From: Eledone cirrhosa
Taxonomy: Eukaryota
Length of the DNA stretch: 64,000 nucleotides
Direction: 5' to 3'
NCBI GenBank assembly: GCA_964016885.1
Contig: OZ024742.1
Location: 366,792,001-366,856,000, forward strand
Below the pieces are notes generated by a model. It made no database searches. It worked only from the letters and a program-made list of their open reading frames with translations, and was not told the origin of the DNA. The position numbers were made by a program, and so were the translations under genes. The stretch's first letter is position 1; each line of letters opens with the position of its first letter. Of this stretch, positions 56,655 through 64,000 are shown one piece after another.

Positions 56655-56912
56655 TAGATAGATAGATAGATAGATAGATAAATTTCTATTTATTTGCCAC
56701 GAGGGCACAAAAGAAGGGGACATTTACACAGTGGGGGAGTTTACATAAATCGAGTAAAGAAAAAAGGAATAACAATAATAATATAACAATAAAAAGTCCT
56801 CAAAAGGGAGGGGGCGTGTTGGGGATTGCACATACCCCCGAAAAGTGTGCAACTCTTTTCGCGGGGGAAGCCCAGAGAGGAGGCGCTCCCCCTTTCCTCT
56901 TCACTTCTTCAC

Positions 56913-59900
56913 CTACAGAACAATGTAGAGAGAAGGCCCATTTACACGGGCCATTCTCGCTTCTTTCACCCACCTTTCATAAAACTGTCTGGGACCAAGC
57001 ACTTCTCTCTCCATCCTGATTCTTCTTCCGAAGTGGTATCGGAAGAAGTAAACCAGGTGATGGCCGGAGAGAAAGTCACCCGACCTTAGACCTTTCAGGC
57101 GCGTCCACCAAACAACCTCTTTCATCATGGCTATTACGCACAGAAAGACCGCCTCTGCTTCATTTCTGAAGGGAGGAGGCGGCTTGATGTTCACCACAGA
57201 CTCGGCGGTTAATCGAATCGGCGCCACACGCGACAGCAGTCGTTCGACGTAGCCCCACAGATCGGCAACGCCCGGGCAGTGTACCAGTGCATGCGCAACG
57301 GTTTCCTCGTCGCGCACGCATCTGGGACAGATCTTTTTCGCGGGATCCCTGCCCGGGCGCCCGTGTCTGTAGAGCTTTTCTCGAACGGGCAGAGCCCCCC
57401 GGTAACACTGCCAGGCTAGGGACCTCTGGAAGTTGTCCATGGGTCCCGGGCCGAAAGTTCTACCGAACAGGCTGGCCAGTTCGTCTTCCTCCATGCCTAG
57501 CGACTCTCCAAGGGTGTCGTCGCCCCTGCTAGCCACCAACCCTCTATAGAATGTCGAGGTGGATTCTCCACTGACAGTCGGGTCCGCTTGCCAGATAGCC
57601 GTGAGCGCCTGGGCACACTCGGTGTGCCAGTTGCCCAGTTTTCTCGGTCTTTGCTTCACCCAGGATTGCAGTTCGGTGAGCGAGACGAGCTGTGGGAAGG
57701 CTCGCCTCACAAACGGGGCCTACACCGGCTGACCGTTGAGGAATACCTGTAGATGCCGTAGCCTCAATGCGTGCCTACGCATCAACAGCCACGGCATACC
57801 CAGCCCTCCTTTCGAAGGGTGCTGGCAGCAGATGGATCTCCTCACCATGGGAGGCCGCTTCTTCCAGAGGAACTGGAAGAGCATGCGTTCCATGATGGTG
57901 AGCTTTTCCTTGGGGCAAGGCACGACGGTCAGGCGGTAGTAGATGACGGACGCTATGTAAGCGTTCGTCACCTCCGCCCGACCTTTCAGTGATAGTTTGC
58001 ACTTGGCCCACTTCTGGGTCAGCGCAAACACCCTGCTCGTCACCTCGCCCCAATTCTTCTCCACCTGGAGGTCCGGTCCGAACCAGACCCCGAGCAGCTT
58101 CACCGGGCCCTCCGTCCACCGCCCGACGACACCGTCTAACGGCATCGGTTTGCCCCTCCACGTTCCGAGTTGCAAACCGACTGACTTGTCCTGGTTCAGC
58201 TTAGCCCCCGTCAGCCTTTCGTATTCCTCCAGTAGGGTGGCGGTCGCCCCGATTTCCGAGGCGTCCGCCACCATTACTGTTACGTCGTCGGCATAGGCCG
58301 AGACCGCTTTGTGCAATCCCGGTTCCAGGGGTATGCCCCGCAGCAACTCCAACTTCCGCAGCAGTGGCTCGAGAGTCAATACGTACAGAAGGGAGGAGAG
58401 GGGGCACCCCTGTCTGATGGATCGGGTGATTTGAAACGGCTCCGAGAGGTAGCCGTTTACTTTAATCCTAGAGTAGATGTTGCCACTGTGCATGGCAGAA
58501 ATCCAGCCCCTGAAAACGGGTCCGAAGCCCGCCGCCGCTAGCACCGCATCCAGGTAACCATGGTCGACCCTATCGAACGCCTTAGATTGATCCAAGTTGA
58601 TCAGGGCCCCACCAAAGCCGGGTTCGTAGCCAACCCTCTCTATGATGTATCGCATGAGGTGGAGGTTGTCGTGAATGGACCTGGACGGGATAGCGCATGT
58701 CTGCGCGTCTCCCACCAAACCACCCACCACAAGCGCCAACCTCTTCGCCAACACCTTGGCCAAAATCTGTAACTCTGCATTCAGCAGAGTTATGGGCCTA
58801 AAGTTACTTAAGTCGTCCCCCTTGCTCTCGTCCTTCCTCACTAGCGTGACCACGCCCTTGGTCACAGAACAGGGAATTCTCCCGTTCTGTTGCCAGTTGC
58901 AATAGACAGCCTCGAGGAGTTCGGAGAACAAGACCGGCATAGCTAAATAAAGTTCGTATGGTAGACCATCGAGACCCGGGGATTTGCGTCTGCTGCATTG
59001 GCTGAACGCTTCCCCGATTTCAGTGGCTGTGATTGGCCTTTCGCAGCACTCCGCTTCGCCGCTCGAAAGACGCGGTAGACCGTCGAGGTATGGACCGAAG
59101 TCCACATCCCCGTCCGGCCCCCCGCCACCTCCGAACAGTCGAGCAAAGTGCCTTTGAAAGGTCTCGCACATTCGCTCAGGTTCAAGGATCACCCGTCCAT
59201 CCTGGTCTCGCAAAGACCGAATGGTGGATTTAATCCCACTCTTGGCTTCTGTCACGCGGGCCCAGCTAACAGCTTTGGTCCCCTCGTTTCCTAAAGCACG
59301 TATTTTACTTCGGACAACGCAGCCTTCGTGCTTCGCGTCAAAGAACTGGCTCAATGCCGTTCTCATCGCTAACACTCTGGCTACGTCTCCGCTCCTAATC
59401 GCCTCTTCTAGTTTATCTGTTAACTCCCTTTCCCTCCTATTTCTATTCGCCGCTAGTTCCTTACTGTAACCTATCGAACTTACTCTAATCTCTCTCTTTA
59501 GAGATATCCACCACCTACTGTTGACGATCGCTCCCGTCAACCGCATCTTAACTAAGCTACTAATCCGGTTTCTGTAATCTTTCTTTGTCGGTAAGGACAA
59601 GTTCATCTTCCAGTAACCGGGGCCCTGTCTATGCGTTCTATCAAGGTTGACCACGCAGGTCACTAATTTGTGATCTGAATAGCCAACCATGATCAGTTCT
59701 GGACAACTAAATACGTCCCTATCCTTACTCCTAACCAAAAACCTATCTAGGTACGATCTAGATTGTCCACTGCGGTTTGCCCAGGTCCAGGTTGGCGCAG
59801 TTGGACAATCTAGTCGAAATCTATCGACCAGGTCGAATCGATCGAGTAACCCCTTGAGGCTGCTACACCCCCCTCTATCGGGACATGCCCCTGCATAGTC

Positions 59901-60354
59901 CCAACGCGCATCTAGGATTCCATTCCAGTCCCCCACTAAAAGCAGGGAACGTGACGTTCCTAGAAAAGTCTCCAGACGCTGGAAGAAGTCGGCTCTTTCC
60001 GCCCCGAAGGGAGCATAAAGACCGACCAGTCTGAAAGCCCCGCCTTCACCGCCTCCGACGTCCAGCACCAGTAATCGACCCCCCGGGTCCGAGTGAACAA
60101 TCTGTACGTCGAGAGTCAGACGTTTATCCAGCAGTACGGCAACTCCCCCCCCCCCCGCCTCCGGGTTGACAGAGAGATGCGTGCATCTCAAAGTCATCGA
60201 AGGCGGGCGCCAGCTGTCTCACGCTGCTGATCCGACTCTCGCAAACAACCATCACATCTATACTTTGTGACCTGAGGTCACTTAGAAGCTTTGCTTGCTT
60301 CCAAGCTGAGCCCAGGCCACGCGCGTTCAAACAGCCAACTCTCAATTGATCTAT
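56913..60354 (-). pseudogene. ORF2 of LINE A, disrupted
   Basis: Colinear with ORF2 of LINE B; frameshift in the C-run at about 60145-60156, TAG at 57720 where B has Trp, ATA where B has ATG. Confidence 0.9.
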
Positions 60355-62186
60355 TTTGGTGTTGAAAGTGAAGAAAGAAAAGCACTTACCTCTCCGGGTT
60401 GCGTAATTTCCATGGCATCAGGTGTGTTGGGTGGAGGGATGTTTTGTGGTGGTGTGGGGGTACACGTGTGTGGTGGGGTTGGGGTATTTGGAGTTGTGTC
60501 AGGGAGAGGGGCGGTTATGGGGAAATCTTTCAAGAGGACGCGATTCAACGGTTTTAAACAGGGGGGGCTCACGTCCCGTCTAAATTGTTCTTTTAAGGAA
60601 CGATAAAGGTCCAGAGGGACCTTTATCATTTTTAAATGGGTGAAGTTCTCTGTTGAGATAAAGTTTGGCCCTTCGGTCTGCACCATAGGGTTATTGTTTA
60701 TTAATTTAACCAGTTTTTTGTTTTCTTTATTTATATATGTGTATTGCAACGTCTTTTTTTGTGATGCTGTCAATGTTTCGGAGAGGGGAGGCGCAGATTT
60801 ATTTTTGTTTGTTGAGGGTGGGGTGTTTTTGATTGGAGTTGGTGTTTGTGTGTGGGTTATTTGTGGTGTGCTGGGTGTGTGTTTTCTTTTTTTTCTTTTA
60901 ACTTGTCTGAAGGCTTCTCCTCCTTCTTCTTCAGAAGTTGGGGGAAACTCTTCAGCGCTAGGTGGGAGGGACGTGTTGTGTGGTTGTTTTTTTTTTGCGG
61001 GAGGGGTAGATTTGTTACTGTTTTTTTTATTATTTGTTTGGAATGGGTTTTGTGGTGGTGGTGGTGGTAATGTTTGTGTCGTGCTTGTGGTTGGTGATGG
61101 TGGTGGTGATGTTTGTGTTGTGGTTGGTGGTGGTGATTTTTGTGTCGTGCTTGTGTTTGGTGCTGGTGGTGGTGATGTTTGTGTTGTGTTTGTGGTTGGT
61201 GGTGTCTGTATTTTGTTTGCTGTGTGTGGTATTAGTGTATTTTTGGAGGTGGGTGGTGCTGGTGTACTGTTTGTGGTGGGTGTGGGCAATAGTCCTTTTT
61301 GGGGGATACGTTTCGGGCAGTTAGCCTTAACGTGTCCCCTTTCCATGCATAAATAGCATGCTGGTCTTCTCCCCTCTACAATTATGTCTATTGGGGTAAG
61401 GTCATCCAGCCAGATGCGATCCGGGATTTGTGCTATTCTTTCGGGCCTCATTTGGACTAGTATGTCGAGGCCCATTCCCAGGAACGCATCTCCAGTTGCC
61501 TTCCCCATTGACAGCATAGTGTCTTCGCCCATATCAATGAAGCCAGCAATAGCCCACCAGAAGTCCATTGTGGGCAGCATTGTTTTTACTTTTACTCTCT
61601 GTGTTCTTCTACCCATGTAGGAGGGATAGAAGCTATATGTTGTCGACGAGAGTGGGCTTAGGGAAAGCTTCTCCGCCGTTTCTTTGTCTCTTGTTAGGAC
61701 CGAAATGCTGCCATAGAGTCGGTCCTTTCGTATGAAGAGAATATTCTTCATATAGTCTTTTAGAACTAACTCTATTTCCATTTGGCTGGGCTGTGCTGGC
61801 TTTCTTGTCTGGTTCAGTATAGTTCTGTATAGAACTGTGTTTTCTGCTCTGGCTTTCTTGAATTCTGGGGGGGAGTTAATGGAAAACATTCCGTTCTCCC
61901 CCAAAACAATATGTTTCTTTGCTTCGGCCAGTTTTTCTCTGGCGGCAGTTAGGTCAATTGGTGTGTATGTAATGGATTGTTTTGTTTTCTGGGCGAAAGT
62001 TGCCCTGTCGTTATTTGTATTATTTTCTGTTTGTTTGTTTTCTGTTTGCTCATTTTCCTTAACATTTGTTTTTTCATTTTGTTTGTTTGTTTCAATGTCT
62101 AATTTTGTTGTAATTATTTTTTGTTCTTCAGACTTGGGGGGCGTGGCAGAGCTAATGGCAGACATGTCTGCCATCTTTTCCGCCAT
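60351..62186 (-). CDS. LINE ORF1 gag-like protein with CCHC zinc knuckle and Pro/Thr-rich region (611 aa from ATG 62186)
   Basis: EGRRPACYLCMERGHVKANC (CX2CX4HX4C); C-terminus homologous to the ORF1 remnant at 56192-56527. Confidence 0.9.
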   Translation of the reverse strand: MAEKMADMSAISSATPPKSEEQKIITTKLDIETNKQNEKTNVKENEQTENKQTENNTNNDRATFAQKTKQSITYTPIDLTAAREKLAEAKKHIVLGENGMFSINSPPEFKKARAENTVLYRTILNQTRKPAQPSQMEIELVLKDYMKNILFIRKDRLYGSISVLTRDKETAEKLSLSPLSSTTYSFYPSYMGRRTQRVKVKTMLPTMDFWWAIAGFIDMGEDTMLSMGKATGDAFLGMGLDILVQMRPERIAQIPDRIWLDDLTPIDIIVEGRRPACYLCMERGHVKANCPKRIPQKGLLPTPTTNSTPAPPTSKNTLIPHTANKIQTPPTTNTTQTSPPPAPNTSTTQKSPPPTTTQTSPPPSPTTSTTQTLPPPPPQNPFQTNNKKNSNKSTPPAKKKQPHNTSLPPSAEEFPPTSEEEGGEAFRQVKRKKRKHTPSTPQITHTQTPTPIKNTPPSTNKNKSAPPLSETLTASQKKTLQYTYINKENKKLVKLINNNPMVQTEGPNFISTENFTHLKMIKVPLDLYRSLKEQFRRDVSPPCLKPLNRVLLKDFPITAPLPDTTPNTPTPPHTCTPTPPQNIPPPNTPDAMEITQPGEVSAFLSSLSTPK

Positions 62187-62387
62187 GCTGCCAAGAAAGA
62201 AATTTTTCGGCAAAAATAGATATTTATTTTACCCCCTAAAAAGGGGGTAAATGCAAAAATGTTTCCCTAAATAACAGGGGTTAGTGTTCCAAATGTGTTG
62301 CACTAAAAGATTTATCCGGTACTTACAATAGTAAGGGTAAATCCCGATGGAATAGCGGAGCCGATGCGAAGCGTGTCTTACTCTATC

Positions 62388-62422
<35 letters not shown>

Positions 62423-62915
62423 GTAATAGAGATAAATATTGGGTAGATAGATTGATAAAAAAACATAGATAGGTAAGAAGGTAATAGATTGATAAAAACA
62501 TAGATAAAAAGGTAATAGATAGGTAGATAATATAAATAGATGCCAACACCGAATTTGAGAATTCAATTGGTGAAGCATCGATCCACCGAAGACATTTCTA
62601 CAAGGTGTCATTAATCAAATACACAGCTACTGAACCTACTTAGAATATCAAAGCAGGAAATAATATAAAGGTTGTGAACTGTTTTTGTTTTCGTTTTACT
62701 TCATTTTGTTATTGTTTTAGTTGTGTTTGTTGTTTAGTGTTGTTTTCAAGGTGTGTTGTCTAAATAATACATTATTGATTAAGATAGCTGCCTGGACAAC
62801 CCTCCTCTTCTTATACACATGTATTTACAGAATTAATAAAAAAACTTATTCCCGTTTTTTTTTTAATAATGATTTAGTTCTATACACATCAAAATACACA
62901 CTTATATAGCAGTCT

Positions 62916-62994
<79 letters not shown>

Positions 62995-63089
62995 AAGGTA
63001 GAATTATACAAATAATTCTCAAACGAAAGCAGAGAATTAAAATGATAGTATGTAATATATATAAAAGTCTAAGGTCTGTCTTTTAAGCC

Positions 63090-63334
63090 AGAAGGCTCAT
63101 TTGGCCGGTGCTTATCCCGGTTTCATGGCGTGAAGCGACTGAGAGTACAAGACTCCCCCCTGGACAGGACGCCAGTCCATCGCAGGATTAAACCTCCAGA
63201 TATTGTTGGTACTCATTTTCAGCTGAGTATACTGGAGCAACGTGAAATGAAGTGTTTTGCTCAAGAACACAACACGCAACCCAGGAATCGAACCCACGAC
63301 ATTATGATCTTAAGTCCACTAGGCCACGTGCCTC
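63090..63334 (-). mobile_element. family-2 tRNA-derived SINE with V-SINE-like core
   Basis: TGGCCTAGTGG A-box, GGTTCGATTCC B-box, CTTGAGCAAAACACTT, CCTGCGATGGACTGGCGTCCTGTCCAGGGG; partial copy at 6583-6740. Confidence 0.7.
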
Positions 63335-63341
63335 CACACAC

Positions 63342-63391
<50 letters not shown>

Positions 63392-63792
63392 AATAGAATG
63401 AAACGAAATTTCATTTCTCACTCTTAGTACGGCACTTACTTAAATGTAAGTATGTATGTATGTATACGTACATACATATATGTATACAGACATACAGTAG
63501 TATGTATATATATACATGCATGCACACATATATATATGTACGTATCGGTTTACCGAACATTTATTATAATGCTCGGTTTGTTTGTTTGTAAACAAACAAA
63601 CAGCCTGAATTACGCCGTACAGTGTTTAGGCAACCACATCACCTTTTTGTTCAACACTGACACAGGAACGATGTATTAGTTTCAAGCTTATTAGCTATGT
63701 GTGCATGTAAGTATATATATACATACTACTGTACGTATGTATACATATATGTGTGTACGTATAAATACATACATACTTACATTTATATATAT

Positions 63793-64000
63793 AAATGAAG
63801 TAATTCCGTCGGAAATGTCCAGGAAAAAAGAGTGCTCTATGTAGGTAACAGAGCTTAACAGTTATGTAATAAACAACACAAGGCAATTATTCCATTTACC
63901 AGTGGTTTCTTAAAAGCAAAAAATTTTGCTTTCAATCCTGAGAATGAAAAAATCCTGGTCTGTTTATTGAATTTGGATTTTTCCAAATTCAATAAACAGA
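63793..64000 (-). mobile_element. pLTR of the outer Naiad family with mutated hammerhead (63890-63949) and fold-back at 63959-64000
   Basis: Matches 6913-7030 and 16140-16321; core reads CTCAGGA; palindrome runs off the window end. Confidence 0.8.

Larger units (their letters stand above)
56681..62390 (-). mobile_element. Tx1/L1-clade LINE A, apparently full length
   Basis: 5' UTR, ORF1, disrupted ORF2, 3' UTR; (GATA)n at 62391-62420 and 56655-56680. Confidence 0.92.

Noticed and set aside
60124-60197. Programmed frameshift in ORF2 of LINE A
   Set aside because: Occurs in a homopolymer run (mutation or assembly error); LINE B is in frame there and A has a further stop
52811-62250. Many short antisense or alternate-frame ORFs over the LINEs
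   Set aside because: Shadow ORFs of GC-rich coding sequence

Overview
Gene-poor, AT-rich, microsatellite-saturated eukaryotic DNA. The (TA)n/(CA)n/(GA)n load and SINE types suggest a cephalopod (octopus-like) genome; this is inference. Almost all listed ORFs are simple-repeat artefacts. Real content: (1) An intact Penelope-like element of Naiad type (RT + GIY-YIG, 10956-13184 minus) with a direct pLTR and a 1.3-kb inverted copy. It is nested in the 3' UTR of an older, decayed Naiad (6913-16321), and a third partial copy lies at 35.1-37.4 kb. (2) More than ten type-I hammerhead ribozyme motifs in pLTR-derived sequence. (3) Two Tx1/L1-clade LINEs stacked head-to-tail in one (GATA)n microsatellite (52.5-62.4 kb). 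In both, ORF2 is bracketed by a GTAAGT splice donor at the end of ORF1 and an acceptor-like YAG coinciding with the ORF2 stop codon, so ORF2 looks like a removable intron. (4) CR1-like and R4/Dong-like LINE fragments, two tRNA-derived SINE families and many minisatellites. (5) One possible small host exon. All calls were made by eye; boundaries are approximate unless a motif is quoted.
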